64,000 nt of DNA from an uncultured Verrucomicrobiae bacterium (GCA_963726745.1 CAVSDR010000002.1:1-64000); one strand, 5' to 3'. Shown: positions 42,101-53,978, counted from the first letter of the stretch. A program made the numbers and translations. The notes: generated from the letters alone by a model not told the origin.

Positions 42101-43753
42101 CAGGGAGCCGACTCGTTAGGGCCCCGCGGGGCACGGAGCTCAGTTGCCGGGGCTGGCAGCAGGAAGCCGCCCTGCGCATGCTGATGAACAACCTCGACCC
42201 GGAGGTCGCGGAAGCGCCCGATCGCTTGATCGTCTACGGCGGCACCGGGCGCGCGGCGCGGAACTGGGAAGCGTTTGACGCGATCGTGCACACGCTGCGG
42301 AACCTGGCCAGACGATGAGACCATGCTGGTGCAATCGGGCAAGCCGGTGGGCGTCTTCCGAACGCACGAGGAAGCGCCGCGGGTGCTGATCGCAAACAGC
42401 AATCTCGTTGGCCAGTGGTCGAATTACCCGGAGTTCAATCGCCTCGAGAAACTTGGCCTAACGATGTATGGCCAGATGACCGCCGGCTCGTGGATTTACA
42501 TCGGCAGCCAGGGGATTGTGCAGGGGACCTTCGAGACCTTCGCCTCCGCGGCGGAAAAGCATTTCGGCGGCTCGCTCGAGGGAAAGCTGCTCGTCACCGG
42601 GGGCCTTGGTGGGATGGGCGGGGCGCAACCGCTGGCGGCGACGATGAATGGCGCGCGCTGCCTCGGGATCGAAGTCGATCCGGCGCGAATCGAGAAGCGG
42701 CTTGCGAGCGGCTACTGCGATCGGATGGCGCATTCGCTCGATGAAGCGATGGCCTTGCTCGAAGGACAGAAAGGGTTGTCGGTCGGGTTGGTCGGCAACT
42801 GCGCCGACGTCCTTCCGGAAATGGTCCGGCGCGGGATCGTGCCGGATATTTTAACCGACCAGACGAGCGCGCACGATGCGCTCAACGGCTACGTGCCGCA
42901 CGGGCTGAGCCTCTCGGAAGCGCTCGCGTTGCGCGTGAGTGATCCGGAGGAATACGTCCGGCGCGCGATGCACTCGATGGCAGTGCATGTGCAGGCGATG
43001 CTCGATTTGCAGGCGAAAGGCGCGATCACTTTCGACTACGGCAACAACCTGCGCACGCAGGCGCAGAAGGCCGGCGTCAGCAACGCCTTCGACATTCCCG
43101 GCTTCGTCCCGGAATACATCCGACCGCTCTTTTGCGAAGGGAAGGGGCCGTTCCGTTGGGTCGCGCTGAGCGGTGACCCGGCGGACATCGCGCGCACCGA
43201 TCGTCTCGCGCTGGAGATGTTCCCAAAGAACGAAATCCTCCATCGCTGGATGAAGCTCGCGCAGGCGCGGATCCAGTTTCAGGGATTGCCGGCGCGCATC
43301 TGCTGGCTGGGCTACGGCGAGCGCGCAGAGTTTGGCCTCGGGATGAATGAACTCGTGCGGCGCGGTGAAGTGAAAGCGCCGATCGTGATCGGGCGCGACC
43401 ATCTCGACACCGGCTCGGTCGCGTCGCCTTACCGCGAGACCGAGGGGATGCTCGATGGGAGCGACGCGATCGCGGACTGGGCGTTGCTCAATGCGCTGGT
43501 TAATACTGCGGCCGGGGCGTCGTGGGTTTCGATTCACAACGGCGGCGGCGTCGGCATCGGTTATTCGCAGCATGCGGGCATGGTCGTGGTGGCCGATGGG
43601 ACCGAGAGTGCGAAGCGACGGCTCGAGCGCGTGCTGACGAGTGATCCCGGGATGGGCGTGATCCGCCATGCCGACGCGGGATATTCCCGCGCGATTGCTT
43701 TCGCCGAGGAAAACGAGGTGCAGTTGCCCATGAAACCCACGCCGCGCGATTGA
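42097..43753 (+). CDS. hutU: Urocanate hydratase (apparent +1 frameshift near 42310)
   Basis: [41 protein letters not shown]. Confidence 0.93.
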
Positions 43754-44664
43754 ACCGCGAAGATCAAAACTGGCCGCGCGCTTCGCATTGGCTCGCCGGC
43801 GGGAAAAGTCCGAACGCGCCGGTCTTGCTGGGGATTTTAGGCATCCCGCTCAATGGCTCGATCACTCCCGGGCGTTGCGATCTCGCGCCCGACGCCATCC
43901 GCAGCGCGCTCGAGCGGCACAGTCTTTACGATGCGGATGCGCGCGTTGACCTGGGCGCGGTGCGGGCGCGCGACTGCGGCAACATCGCGCTCGTGGGCCA
44001 TTCGGTGGAAGGGAATTTTTTCCGCTGCGTCGACCTGATCAAACGCGCGCTCAACGGGATCGGGCACGGCGTGCTCCTGGGCGGAGATAATTCGGTCACC
44101 CGGCCGGGGGTGCACTCCATGGGCGTGCCGCTGGCGCGCGCGGGTTTGCTGACCTTTGATGCGCATCACGACCTGCGCACCCTGGAACATGGCCTAACGA
44201 ATGGTAATCCGGTGAGTGCGCTCCTGCGCGACGGCCTGCCGGGCGAGAACGTGATCCAAATCGGCATCCAGCCCTTTGCCAATTCCGCGGCCTACGCCCA
44301 CACCGCCGCGGAGGCCGGGATTCAGGTGGTCACGGCCGACCAGGTGCACCGGCATGGGATGGAAGCGGTGCTGCACGAGGCGCTGGCTAATTTAAGCGAA
44401 CGCGCGGATGCGATCTATGTGGACCTGGACGTGGACGTGCTCGACCGCGCCTTTGCCCCGGCCTGCCCAGGCTCGCGGCCCGGCGGTCTCCTGCCGTGGA
44501 TGCTGCGCGACGCCGCGCGAATCTGCGGGCAACATGAGCGGGTGCGGATGATGGACTTGGTGGAAATCGATCCGACGAAGGACATCGCCGATGCGACCAC
44601 GCTCGCGGCTGCGTCCTTCCTCCTTGCTTTCATCTCCGGCCTAACGAGTCGTTATCTCGCGTGA
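43750..44664 (+). CDS. hutG: Arginase-family ureohydrolase, likely formimidoylglutamase
   Basis: [20 protein letters not shown]; located inside the hut operon. Confidence 0.75.
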   Translation: MNREDQNWPRASHWLAGGKSPNAPVLLGILGIPLNGSITPGRCDLAPDAIRSALERHSLYDADARVDLGAVRARDCGNIALVGHSVEGNFFRCVDLIKRALNGIGHGVLLGGDNSVTRPGVHSMGVPLARAGLLTFDAHHDLRTLEHGLTNGNPVSALLRDGLPGENVIQIGIQPFANSAAYAHTAAEAGIQVVTADQVHRHGMEAVLHEALANLSERADAIYVDLDVDVLDRAFAPACPGSRPGGLLPWMLRDAARICGQHERVRMMDLVEIDPTKDIADATTLAAASFLLAFISGLTSRYLA

Positions 44665-45902
44665 AAACGCTGGCGGTTTTGCATGCGGCGCAGTTGGTCA
44701 CGCTCGCGGGACCCGCCCGGCCGCGGAGCGGACGGGAGCTGGGCGAACTGGCAATCGTGCGCGATGGCGGAATGCTCGTGCGCGACGGCATGATTGTGCA
44801 GGTCGGGCCGTCACACGAGATCGAGACCGGCGGCGCGGAGATCGTCGATGCCGCCGGCTGCGTGGTCTTGCCGGGTTTCGTCGATGCGCATGCGCACCCG
44901 GTTTTCGCCGGGAACCGGGTCGGGGAATTTGAGGACCGCGCGCGCGGGGCTACTTATGAGGAGATCGCGGCGCGCGGTGGCGGGATTCGTTCCACCGTCG
45001 GGCATACGCGCGCCGCCTCGGAGGCGCAGTTGCGCGAAGAGTCGTTAGGCCATCTCCGGTGGTTTCTGGAATGCGGCACGACTACGGTCGAGGCGAAGTC
45101 GGGCTACGGGCTGACCCTGGCCGATGAATTAAAGATCCTGCGCGTCATTCGCGATTTGCAGGAGGCGACGCCCGTGGAATTGGTGCCGACATTTCTCGGG
45201 GCGCACGCGATTCCCGCGGAATTTGCCGGGACGCCGGCACGCTATGTCGCGCTGGTGGTGGAAGAGATGTTGCCGGCGGTTTCGGCCGAAGGGCTGGCGG
45301 AGTTTTGTGACATCTTTTGCGAGCGCGGCTACTTCGATGTCGATACCGCGCGCAACATCCTGACCGCGGCGCAGCGGCACGGGCTCGGCTTGCGGATGCA
45401 TGTTGATCAGTTGAGCAATTCCGGAGGGGCGCAATTGGCCGCAGAACTCGGCGCGGCGACCGCGGATCATCTCGAGTGCACGGAAACCGAGGGCATCCTC
45501 GCGCTGGCGCGGGCCGGAGTGCAGCCAGTGCTCTTGCCGGGCTCCGTTTACGCTTTGGGCAAAACGCGTTATCCGCGCGCCCGGGAGATGATCGACGCCG
45601 GCCTCGCGATCGTGGTGGCGACCGACTTCAATCCCGGATCGTCGCCAACGCCATCGATGCCGATGATTCTTTCACTGGCTGCAACGCAAATGGGAATGAC
45701 GCCTGCGGAAAGCCTCTCCGCGGCAACGATCAACGCGGCCTACAGTCTTGGGCGCGGCGGGCGTGTCGGCTCACTCGAGGTCGGCAAGCTCGCAAACTTT
45801 GCCCTCTTCGATTGCGCCGATTATCGCGAGATCGCCTATTGGTTTGGCCGGCCGCAAACGCGCGCGGTCTTTGTGCGTGGAGCACAGGTTTTTGGTCGTT
45901 AG
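44661..45902 (+). CDS. hutI: Imidazolonepropionase
   Basis: PGFVDAHAH, EAKSGYGL, ADHLE, ATDFNPGS. Confidence 0.93.
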   Translation: MKTLAVLHAAQLVTLAGPARPRSGRELGELAIVRDGGMLVRDGMIVQVGPSHEIETGGAEIVDAAGCVVLPGFVDAHAHPVFAGNRVGEFEDRARGATYEEIAARGGGIRSTVGHTRAASEAQLREESLGHLRWFLECGTTTVEAKSGYGLTLADELKILRVIRDLQEATPVELVPTFLGAHAIPAEFAGTPARYVALVVEEMLPAVSAEGLAEFCDIFCERGYFDVDTARNILTAAQRHGLGLRMHVDQLSNSGGAQLAAELGAATADHLECTETEGILALARAGVQPVLLPGSVYALGKTRYPRAREMIDAGLAIVVATDFNPGSSPTPSMPMILSLAATQMGMTPAESLSAATINAAYSLGRGGRVGSLEVGKLANFALFDCADYREIAYWFGRPQTRAVFVRGAQVFGR

Positions 45903-45953
45903 GCAACGCGGCAGTTTGCGCAGGCGGGCGCGCGCCCTTACGGTCGTGCGCAC

Positions 45954-47295
45954 ATGAAGATCGAAGTCGAGACGCAGCCACAAAGCGTCGCCACCCTGCG
46001 CATTGAATTGCCGCCTGAAGAAGTCCGCAAAGAATGGGATGCGATCGCCGCGAGCTACGCGAAATACGCCCGCATCCCCGGCTATCGCCAAGGCAAAGCG
46101 CCTAAGCCGGTGATCGAGAAAAAATTCCGCAAAGAGATCGAGGAAGAGCTGACCAAGAAGCTCGTTTCCAAGAGCTATCACGAAGCGATCGCGGAGAAGC
46201 AGCTGCGTGTCGTCTCGCTGACTAATCTCGAGGACGTGGAGTTTGGCGACGATCGCTCGATGCGTTTTCGCGCCACGGTGGTGACTGCGCCGGAGTTTGA
46301 GCTTCCGGACTACAAGGCGATTCCGGTGCAGGTGCCGCCCGCCGAAGTGAAACCAGCGGAAGTGGACGCAGCGCTCGAGCAACTGCGCGAGCAGGGCGCG
46401 GATTTTGTCGACGCCGAGGAGCGCCCGCTGGCGATGGAAGATTTTGCGGTGATCGACTTCGAGGGCGTAGTCGACGGCGTGCCGATCGCCGAGCTGGCGC
46501 CGGACGCGAGCAAGAATCTCCAAGGCGGGAAGAAATTCTGGCTGCGCCTGGCGCCGGATAATTTCCTCCCAAATTTCTGCGAGCAGCTCGCGGGCATGAG
46601 CAAGGGGGAAACCCGAAGCGTGCAGGTGGATTTTCCGGCTGAGTTCCCGGTGACGACTTTGGCCGGCAAAAAGGCTGACTACGCCGTGACCTTGAATGAG
46701 GTCAAAACGCGTGTGCTACCGGAATTAGACGACGCTTTCGCGGCCAAGCTTGTTGCCGGAGAAATCGCTCGCGGACCTGCGCCATACGCTGGAGCACAAC
46801 CTCGAGCACGAGAAAGAACACGCGGTCGAGCGGGCCAAGGAATCGGGCGTGATCCGTTATCTGCACGAGAAGATCAGTTTCGATTTCCCGCCGGCTTTGT
46901 TGAAGAACGAAACCCGCCGGGCCTTGAACGAACTAGTGCATCGCAACCGCGAGCGCGGGGTGCCGGATGAAATGTTGAAGGAGAAGGAAAAGGAATTGAT
47001 CGAAGGCGCTGGTTCGCTCGCGGCGAATCGCTTGAAAACGAACTTCATCCTCCATCGCATCGCCGAGCAGGAGAAGCTCGAGGTCACCCGTGAAGAGCTG
47101 GATGCGCGGATCCGCGAGGACGCGGCGCGTTACAACGTGAGCCCGGAAAAGATGCGCAAGGAATTGCAGGAACACGACCGTTTGGATGCGCTCGCGGAGG
47201 AGATCCTGCTGGGTAAGACGCTTGATTTCCTGAAGTCGGCCGCTACTGTCGAAGTATCGTCCGAAGGGGCGGCCGCAGCCCAGCCTAACGACTAA
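45954..47295 (+). CDS. tig: Trigger factor (apparent +1 frameshift near 46750)
   Basis: IPGYRQGKAP ribosome-binding loop; FKBP domain; LPELDDAFA; upstream of clpP-clpX. Confidence 0.9.
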
Positions 47296-47301
47296 TTTTT
47301 C

Positions 47302-47997
47302 ATGACTACCAACCAATCGAATCGCTCCCAATCCGTCCTTGTCCCGATGGTCGTCGAACAGACCGGGCGAGGGGAACGGAGCTACGACATCTACTCGCGG
47401 TTGCTCAAGGACCGGATCGTTTTCATCGGCACGCCGATCGATGATCACATCGCCAATTTGGTGATCGCGCAGCTGCTCTTCCTGCAAATGGAAGACGGCA
47501 AAAAAGACATCAGCATCTACGTGAATTCGCCGGGCGGTTCCGTTACCGCGGGCCTCGCGATCTACGACACGATGCAATTCCTGACCTGCGACGTGACCAC
47601 CTATTGCCTCGGGATGGCCGCGAGCATGGGCGCGGTTTTGCTGTGCGCCGGGACGAAGGGCAAGCGCTACGCGCTTCCGAATTCCGACATCATGATTCAC
47701 CAGGTTTCGGGCGGCGCCCAAGGCCAGGCGAGCGATGTCGAGCGCACGGTGGAATACATGTTCAAGCTGAAGAAGCGGCTTATCCGCATCATCTCGCAGC
47801 ACACCGGCCAACCGGAGGAGAAGGTGAAGCTCGATTCCGATCGCGATTATTACATGTCCGCGGCCGAGGCGAAGGATTACGGCCTGGTCGACGAAGTGAT
47901 CAAGTCACGCAAGGAAGCGAAGCTGCTCGACGGGGTCGTTCCCGAGCGTTCTACCGCGATCGCGGAGGCCGCCTTACCGACCAAGGTTGAGGAATAA
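47302..47997 (+). CDS. clpP: ATP-dependent Clp protease proteolytic subunit
   Basis: [26 protein letters not shown]. Confidence 0.96.
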   Translation: MTTNQSNRSQSVLVPMVVEQTGRGERSYDIYSRLLKDRIVFIGTPIDDHIANLVIAQLLFLQMEDGKKDISIYVNSPGGSVTAGLAIYDTMQFLTCDVTTYCLGMAASMGAVLLCAGTKGKRYALPNSDIMIHQVSGGAQGQASDVERTVEYMFKLKKRLIRIISQHTGQPEEKVKLDSDRDYYMSAAEAKDYGLVDEVIKSRKEAKLLDGVVPERSTAIAEAALPTKVEE

Positions 47998-48022
47998 GAC
48001 CTGCTCTAAAAGGCCCTAACTA

Positions 48023-49303
48023 ATGGCCCGCGCTTCCAACCTCACGATGTGCTCCTTCTGTGGCAAAAGCCACGCGGAGGTGCGGAAATTGATCGCCGGC
48101 CCTGGCGTCTATATTTGCGACAGCTGCATCAACGTCTGCAAGAGCATCCTCGATAAGGAACTGAGCGAGGATGCGCGGCGGCAGTCCTCGAACATCCGCG
48201 TCCCGAAACCGGCGGAAATCCGGCGTTCGCTCGATCAATACGTCATCGGGCAGGACACCGCGAAGAAGACTCTCTCGGTCGCGGTGCACAACCATTTCAA
48301 GCGCGTCCTCCAGAGCGCGCCGCCGGCCGATTCCTCGGCGGCGTTTCAGCCCGATCCGTTTGCCGATGTCGAGATCGAGAAGAGCAACATCCTCCTCATC
48401 GGCCCAACCGGTTCCGGCAAGACGCTGCTCGCGAAGACGCTGGCTAAAATTCTCGACGTCCCGTTTTGCATCGCCGATGCGACTACGTTGACCGAGGCGG
48501 GTTACGTCGGCGAGGACGTGGAAAACATCATCCTGCGCCTCCTGCAGAACGCCGATTACGACGTCAAGCGGGCGGAGATCGGGATCGTTTACATCGACGA
48601 GATCGACAAGATCGGCCGCAAGACGGACAACGTTTCGATCACGCGCGACGTCTCCGGCGAAGGCGTGCAGCAGGCCTTGCTCAAGATTCTCGAAGGCTCG
48701 ACCTGCAACGTCCCGCCGCAGGGCGGCCGCAAGCATCCGCACCAGGAATACATCCAGGTGAACACGGACAAGATTCTCTTCATCTGCGGCGGGGCCTTTG
48801 TCGGCCTCGAAAAGATCGTGCAGAAGCGCATCGGCAAACGCACCATGGGCTTCAACACCGACAATCCGGAAGTCGAGGAAGCGCTCGCCAAGCAGGCGGT
48901 GCGGCACGTGGAGCCGGAAGATTTGCTCAGCTTCGGGATGATCCCGGAGTTCATCGGCCGTCTCCCGGTTCTGACCGCGCTCGACGCGCTCACCGAGGAG
49001 GAGATGGTCATGATCCTCACGGAGACGAAGAACGCGATGATCAAGCAATACACCAAGCTCTTCTCGATGGAGGGAGTGCGCTTGAGTGTGACCAAGGATG
49101 CGCTCAAGGCGCTCGCCGCGCAGGCGGTGACGAAGGGCACCGGCGCACGCGCGCTTCGCTCAATGCTCGAGCGGATCATGCTCGACATCATGTATGAGGT
49201 CCCGAGCCGCGAGGACATCGCGGAGGTGACGATCAATCGCGCGGTCGTCGAAGGCAAAAAAGTCCCGCTGATTCGCAAGAAGCAGGACAAAGACGCCGCG
49301 TAA
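48023..49303 (+). CDS. clpX: Clp protease ATP-binding subunit
   Basis: CSFCGK Zn finger, [24 protein letters not shown]. Confidence 0.96.
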   Translation: MARASNLTMCSFCGKSHAEVRKLIAGPGVYICDSCINVCKSILDKELSEDARRQSSNIRVPKPAEIRRSLDQYVIGQDTAKKTLSVAVHNHFKRVLQSAPPADSSAAFQPDPFADVEIEKSNILLIGPTGSGKTLLAKTLAKILDVPFCIADATTLTEAGYVGEDVENIILRLLQNADYDVKRAEIGIVYIDEIDKIGRKTDNVSITRDVSGEGVQQALLKILEGSTCNVPPQGGRKHPHQEYIQVNTDKILFICGGAFVGLEKIVQKRIGKRTMGFNTDNPEVEEALAKQAVRHVEPEDLLSFGMIPEFIGRLPVLTALDALTEEEMVMILTETKNAMIKQYTKLFSMEGVRLSVTKDALKALAAQAVTKGTGARALRSMLERIMLDIMYEVPSREDIAEVTINRAVVEGKKVPLIRKKQDKDAA

Positions 49304-49413
49304 GGGTAAGGCCCTGCGGGTCGAAACGTCGAACTCTGTCGCAGGCGTGCGCGGGTTCTTTTCTCGGTTCGGAGTTGGACGTGCGACGTTCAGCATCCGA
49401 CGTTCAGCGCTTC

Positions 49414-50649
49414 ATGCGCGCTTTCGTCATCAACACCGGCACCGAGCTGCTCCTCGGCAACGTCATCAACACCCACCTGACCTTCATCGCGCGCGAGCTT
49501 TTCCCGCTCGGCCTGCGGATCGAGCGCCAGATGACCGTGCCCGATGGCGGCGCGATCGGCGAAGCGCTGGGCACGGCTTTGCGCGAGGCCGACTTGATCT
49601 TCGTGACCGGTGGCCTCGGGCCCACAACCGACGACATCACGCGCGAAGCCGCGGCCGACTTGTTAGGCTTAAAGCTCTTGCAGGATGCCGAGGTCGCGGA
49701 AGCCATCCGCCTGCGCCTGCGCACCCGCGGTTTCCCAATGACCGACCGCATCCTGCGCCAGGCCGACGTGCTCGAGGGCGCGCAGGTTTTGCCGAACGGC
49801 AACGGGACCGCGCCGGGTCTCTACTTCAAGAAAAATGGCCAGGGGCGCGCGCAACATCTCTTCCTTCTTCCGGGCCCCCCGCGCGAGCTCGAGCCGATGT
49901 TTCGCCGCTCGGTCCTGCCGTTGCTTCTCGAGATCAATCGCGACAAGGCCGAGGTTGAGTGCCGCACCTTCCGGATTGCTTGCGTGGGCGAATCGGTCGT
50001 GGAAGCGGCCATCGGGAAACAACTCGTCGCGCTGCCTGAGGTCGAGCTCGGCTATTGCTCCCGTCCCGGCGAGGTGGATGTACGCGTCATCGGTCCCGCG
50101 CCCGCGCTCGCGGAAGCGGAGCGAATCGTGCGCGGCGGATTCGCGCGCCAGATTTTCAGCACAAACGACGAGCAGCTCGAGGAAGTAGTCGTGCGTTTGC
50201 TCACCGAGCAGAAGCAGACGCTCGCGCTCGCGGAATCCTGCACCGGCGGCGCGCTGGCTCATCGCCTAACGAATGTTCCCGGCGCTTCCGCGGTTTTTCT
50301 CGCCGGCCTGGTGACCTACGCGAATGAGGCCAAGAGCGCCTTCCTCGAGGTGAACCCAGAGTTGATCGCCGAGCACGGCGCCGTCAGCCAGGCGGTCGCA
50401 GAAGCGATGGCCCTGGGCGCGCGGATGCGGGCCGGGAGCGACTTCGCGCTCGCGACCACCGGCATCGCCGGGCCTGGCGGCGGCTCGCCCGATAAACCGG
50501 TCGGGACCGTCTTCATCGCGCTCGCTTCGGCCGAGGGCGTGGAGGTGCAGCGCCGCCATTTCCCCTCGGATCGCTTGAGCTTCAAGCAACTGGCCACCGA
50601 GACCGCGCTCGAGTTATTGCGCGAACGTCTGGTCGATCTCGCTGGCTAA
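49414..50649 (+). CDS. cinA: Competence/damage-inducible protein A (CinA, with PncC domain)
   Basis: GTELLLG, GGLGPTTDDITR, AESCTGG, TGIAGPGGG. Confidence 0.9.
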   Translation: MRAFVINTGTELLLGNVINTHLTFIARELFPLGLRIERQMTVPDGGAIGEALGTALREADLIFVTGGLGPTTDDITREAAADLLGLKLLQDAEVAEAIRLRLRTRGFPMTDRILRQADVLEGAQVLPNGNGTAPGLYFKKNGQGRAQHLFLLPGPPRELEPMFRRSVLPLLLEINRDKAEVECRTFRIACVGESVVEAAIGKQLVALPEVELGYCSRPGEVDVRVIGPAPALAEAERIVRGGFARQIFSTNDEQLEEVVVRLLTEQKQTLALAESCTGGALAHRLTNVPGASAVFLAGLVTYANEAKSAFLEVNPELIAEHGAVSQAVAEAMALGARMRAGSDFALATTGIAGPGGGSPDKPVGTVFIALASAEGVEVQRRHFPSDRLSFKQLATETALELLRERLVDLAG

Positions 50650-51317
50650 GGCACGATCTGGACCGGGGTGCCCACGCGCACCTTGGCGTAGAACATCTCC
50701 GCGCCCTGCGACGGCATGCGGATGCAGCCGTGCGATGCCGGGTAGCCCGGGAGAATGCCTACGTGCATGCCCACGCCGTCGCCGGTCAGGCGCATGAACC
50801 AAAGCATCGGCGCGCCCACAAAGTGCGTCCCGCTCGGCGCGGAATCGATCTTCGTGCTCACGCCGCCGCGCACCGTCCGGCCGGCGCGATCCTTGAAGTC
50901 GCCGTAGACGCTCGAGCGATGGTCCTTGTCTTTCTCCATCACTTTGAAGCTCCCGGTCGGCGTCATGCCCGAGCGTTTGCCGGAGGAAATAGGCGTGTCG
51001 ATCGCGACCTCGTCGCCATTCAAAAGCGTGGCGCGCTGTTTAGACAGCGAGATGACCACGCGCGCATTCTCCGGCGCGAGCGACGCGTAGGCCGCCTGGT
51101 TCACGTTGATCGGAATCTGCCGGCTGATTAACTCCGAGGGTTTCCGCATCGGCTGCGCCGTCGCCGCGGGCTTGCGTGCGGGCGCGATCGTGGGCCGCGC
51201 CTCGGAGACCGGGCGACCGCCGGGCGCGCGCGGAATTTGCGCAGAGCTCGAGGACGCGAACAGCGCCAGCGCCAGCGCTGGAAAAGTGAACCGCAGGAGT
51301 GGGGGAAGCACGCGCAT
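50646..51317 (-). CDS. L,D-transpeptidase (YkuD)
   Basis: Signal peptide; ISSG...TPTG; GMHVG...ASHGCIR. Confidence 0.85.
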   Translation of the reverse strand: MRVLPPLLRFTFPALALALFASSSSAQIPRAPGGRPVSEARPTIAPARKPAATAQPMRKPSELISRQIPINVNQAAYASLAPENARVVISLSKQRATLLNGDEVAIDTPISSGKRSGMTPTGSFKVMEKDKDHRSSVYGDFKDRAGRTVRGGVSTKIDSAPSGTHFVGAPMLWFMRLTGDGVGMHVGILPGYPASHGCIRMPSQGAEMFYAKVRVGTPVQIVP

Positions 51318-52114
51318 CAATGTGTGTAGCTGGCGACGCGCTGCAACCATCCCGCGAGCCAGCGCGACTCCTTCCGCTCTGGCGGCGAATTCCGCACGCG
51401 TCGCGTGAGCACCGCGCCGGCGGAGCGGGAGAATTCTTTCGCGGCGGCTGGACCGCTGGCGCTTCCCTCCATCCCCTCGAGCACCTGGAGAAGGCCCCAG
51501 CCCTGGCCGCGATAGCGCTCCGTCTCGAGCACGCCTTCGCCTTTGAAATTCACGTAATCGACCAGCGCGTAGGCGCCCGCAGCGCTGCCCGCCACGCGCT
51601 CAAATTGCCGGCTAATTTTCGCCCGTTCGTCTGCGGGTGCCGCGCTCAACATCTTCGGCAGCGCCGCCTGCAGCCGCCGCACCAGGAATTCCGCCTGCAA
51701 TCCCACCGTCTCGGCGAGAAATTTCCGGAGCGCGCGCATCGGTGCGGAGTCGCTCGCGGCCTGGAATTCCGCGCGCGTCTTCCACGGGCAACCGCTCGCG
51801 CGATTCGCCGCCACCACTTCCGGCAGATCGACACCGCGCTCCGCCGCGAAGGCCGCGAAATCCGGGAAGCTTTCCTCGAACGGCCCGCGCACGCCCTTGG
51901 GATACCAGATGAAATGGCCAATCCCGAGCGAGGCAAAATTTTCCCCGCCATTCCACGAGGTCAGGCCGGCGATGGTGCCGCCGCACTCATTTTGCCAGAC
52001 CTTTCGGCCGATCCGTTGCGCCTCGGCCGGGGAGAGCTCGAGCGCCGGCGCGGCGGTCGCGCCCCACAGGAGAAGGAGGGCGGCAAAGGTGGCCGCGCGC
52101 CGTCTTGACGGCAT
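51317..52114 (-). CDS. Exported hypothetical protein
   Basis: Signal peptide; WQNECGG, SLGIGHFIWYP, DYVNFKGEG; TGATG coupling to the transpeptidase gene. Start codon uncertain. Confidence 0.7.
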   Translation of the reverse strand: MPSRRRAATFAALLLLWGATAAPALELSPAEAQRIGRKVWQNECGGTIAGLTSWNGGENFASLGIGHFIWYPKGVRGPFEESFPDFAAFAAERGVDLPEVVAANRASGCPWKTRAEFQAASDSAPMRALRKFLAETVGLQAEFLVRRLQAALPKMLSAAPADERAKISRQFERVAGSAAGAYALVDYVNFKGEGVLETERYRGQGWGLLQVLEGMEGSASGPAAAKEFSRSAGAVLTRRVRNSPPERKESRWLAGWLQRVASYTH

Positions 52115-52190
52115 GGCATTCTCCATTAGCATGCACCGTTCTGCAGCCGTTCTGAGTGGTTCAGAGCCGGCTTTGGTTCGTATTTCTCTC

Positions 52191-53015
52191 ATGAAAAAGA
52201 CTCTTGTTTTCCTCGCGGCCATCGCCCTCGCGGCGCCCGTTTTCGCCGAGCCCACCACCGAGCTTAAAGACGAGCGCGATAAAGTTAGCTACAGCATCGG
52301 CCTCGATATCGGAAGCACCTTCAAGAAGCAGGGCATGGATATCAACTCCGACGTGCTCCTGAAGGGCTTGAAGGATGGCGCCGGCGACGGCAAGCCGCTC
52401 ATGACCGAGGATGAAATCCGCGCGACCATGACCGCCTACAGCAAGAATATGATGGAAAAACAAGCCGCCAAGGCCAAGGAAGCTGCGCAGAAAAACGGCG
52501 CCGTCGGGGAGACCTACCTCGCCGAGAACAAGAAGAAAGAGGGCGTCAAGACGACCGCGAGCGGCCTGCAATACAAAGTGCTGGCTGAAGGCTCCGGCGC
52601 GAAGCCGAAGGAAACCGACACCGTGGTCGTGAACTACAAGGGCACACTGATCGACGGCAAGGAATTCGACAGCTCCTACAAGCGCGGCGAGCCCGCGACC
52701 TTCCCCGTGAATCGCGTGATCAAGGGCTGGACGGAAGCGCTCCAGCTCATGAGCAAAGGCGCCAAGTATCAGCTCTTCATCCCAGCCGATCTCGCCTACG
52801 GCGAACGCGGCGCCGGCCAGGACATCGGGCCGAACGAGACCCTCATCTTCGAGGTCGAATTGCTCGAGATTAAGCCGGCGGGCGACGCCGAGGGCAAGCC
52901 AGCCGCCGGCGCTTCCCCAGCGAAAGCGGACGCGAAACCCGCGGCGAGCGCGCCGCAGGCGAAGCCTTCGATGACCAAGCCGGTCGAGCCGTCGCCGAAG
53001 CCCGAGAAGAAGTAG
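52191..53015 (+). CDS. FKBP-type peptidyl-prolyl isomerase (Mip/FkpA-like)
   Basis: SYSIG, TASGLQY, FDSSYKRGEP, VIKGWTEAL. Confidence 0.93.
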   Translation: MKKTLVFLAAIALAAPVFAEPTTELKDERDKVSYSIGLDIGSTFKKQGMDINSDVLLKGLKDGAGDGKPLMTEDEIRATMTAYSKNMMEKQAAKAKEAAQKNGAVGETYLAENKKKEGVKTTASGLQYKVLAEGSGAKPKETDTVVVNYKGTLIDGKEFDSSYKRGEPATFPVNRVIKGWTEALQLMSKGAKYQLFIPADLAYGERGAGQDIGPNETLIFEVELLEIKPAGDAEGKPAAGASPAKADAKPAASAPQAKPSMTKPVEPSPKPEKK

Positions 53016-53019
53016 CCGC

Positions 53020-53373
53020 CTAGGCGGTGGCTTCCCAGGCGAGCCGCGGGGCGTCGCCCCAGAGATCCTCGAGACTGTAGAACTCGCGCTTCTCCGCGTG
53101 GAAGATGTGCACGATCACCTGCAGGTAATCGAGCACGATCCATTGGCTCGCGGGAAAGCCATCGACCGCCGTCGGGCGCGTCTGGTGGTCCTGCTTCAGC
53201 GAAGCCTCGATCTCACCCGCGATTGCCTTCAGTTGCGGCTCCGAGGCCGCCGAGCAGATCACAAAGAAATCGGTAAAGGTCGAGATCTCCCGGAGATCGA
53301 GCACCACGATGTCCTCCGCCTTCTTGTTCGACGCGAGTTCGGCGCAGGCTTTGGCTAGTGCTTCTGAGGTTAT
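53020..53373 (-). CDS. rsfS: Ribosome silencing factor (apparent ATA start)
   Basis: KKAEDIVVLD, TDFFVICS, WIVLDY, REFYSLEDLWGDA; follows nadD. Confidence 0.9.
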   Translation of the reverse strand: MTSEALAKACAELASNKKAEDIVVLDLREISTFTDFFVICSAASEPQLKAIAGEIEASLKQDHQTRPTAVDGFPASQWIVLDYLQVIVHIFHAEKREFYSLEDLWGDAPRLAWEATA

Positions 53374-53951
53374 TTCCGGGGCTCCTGGTAAAGCGCGCGG
53401 CGCAGGATAATCTCCTCCACCGCTCGCGGAACGAGATAACGGACGGAGCGCCCCGAGGCAACTCTGTTTCTGATCTCGGTCGAGGAAATATCGATCACGC
53501 GGTGAACCACCGGATATGGGCTCTCCGCCGGCAGCGCCCCGCGCTCGAGCAAAACGAACTGCACCAGCCGCTGCAACTCCTCGAAGCGATGCCAGCTCTC
53601 GAGCCGCGGGAGTTGATCGCCACCGATGAGGTAGAACAACTCCGAGGCCGCATCTTGCTGTCTAAATTCCTCGATCGTATCGATCGTGCGGGAAGGCGGC
53701 GGGCGGCGCAGCTCCCGCTCGTCGAGGGCAAAGCCCGGCTCGCCCGCGAGCGCCGCGCGCAGCATCTCCACCCGCGCCTCCGCCGGCGCCGGCTGCTCCG
53801 TGAGCTTATGCGGCGAGATCGCCGCGGGCAGGAAGAGCACCTGCTCGAGCTCCAGTTGCTCGCGGGCCGCGCGCGCCAGGATGAGATGCCCGTGGTGCAC
53901 CGGGTCGAAGGTGCCGCCGTAGATGCCGATGCGTTTCAACGCTGGCATCAT
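53370..53951 (-). CDS. nadD: Nicotinate-nucleotide adenylyltransferase
   Basis: GGTFDPVHHGH, SPHK, ISSTEIR. Confidence 0.94.
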   Translation of the reverse strand: MMPALKRIGIYGGTFDPVHHGHLILARAAREQLELEQVLFLPAAISPHKLTEQPAPAEARVEMLRAALAGEPGFALDERELRRPPPSRTIDTIEEFRQQDAASELFYLIGGDQLPRLESWHRFEELQRLVQFVLLERGALPAESPYPVVHRVIDISSTEIRNRVASGRSVRYLVPRAVEEIILRRALYQEPRK

Positions 53952-53978
53952 CGCGCAGACCTCCTAACTTGCCAGCCG

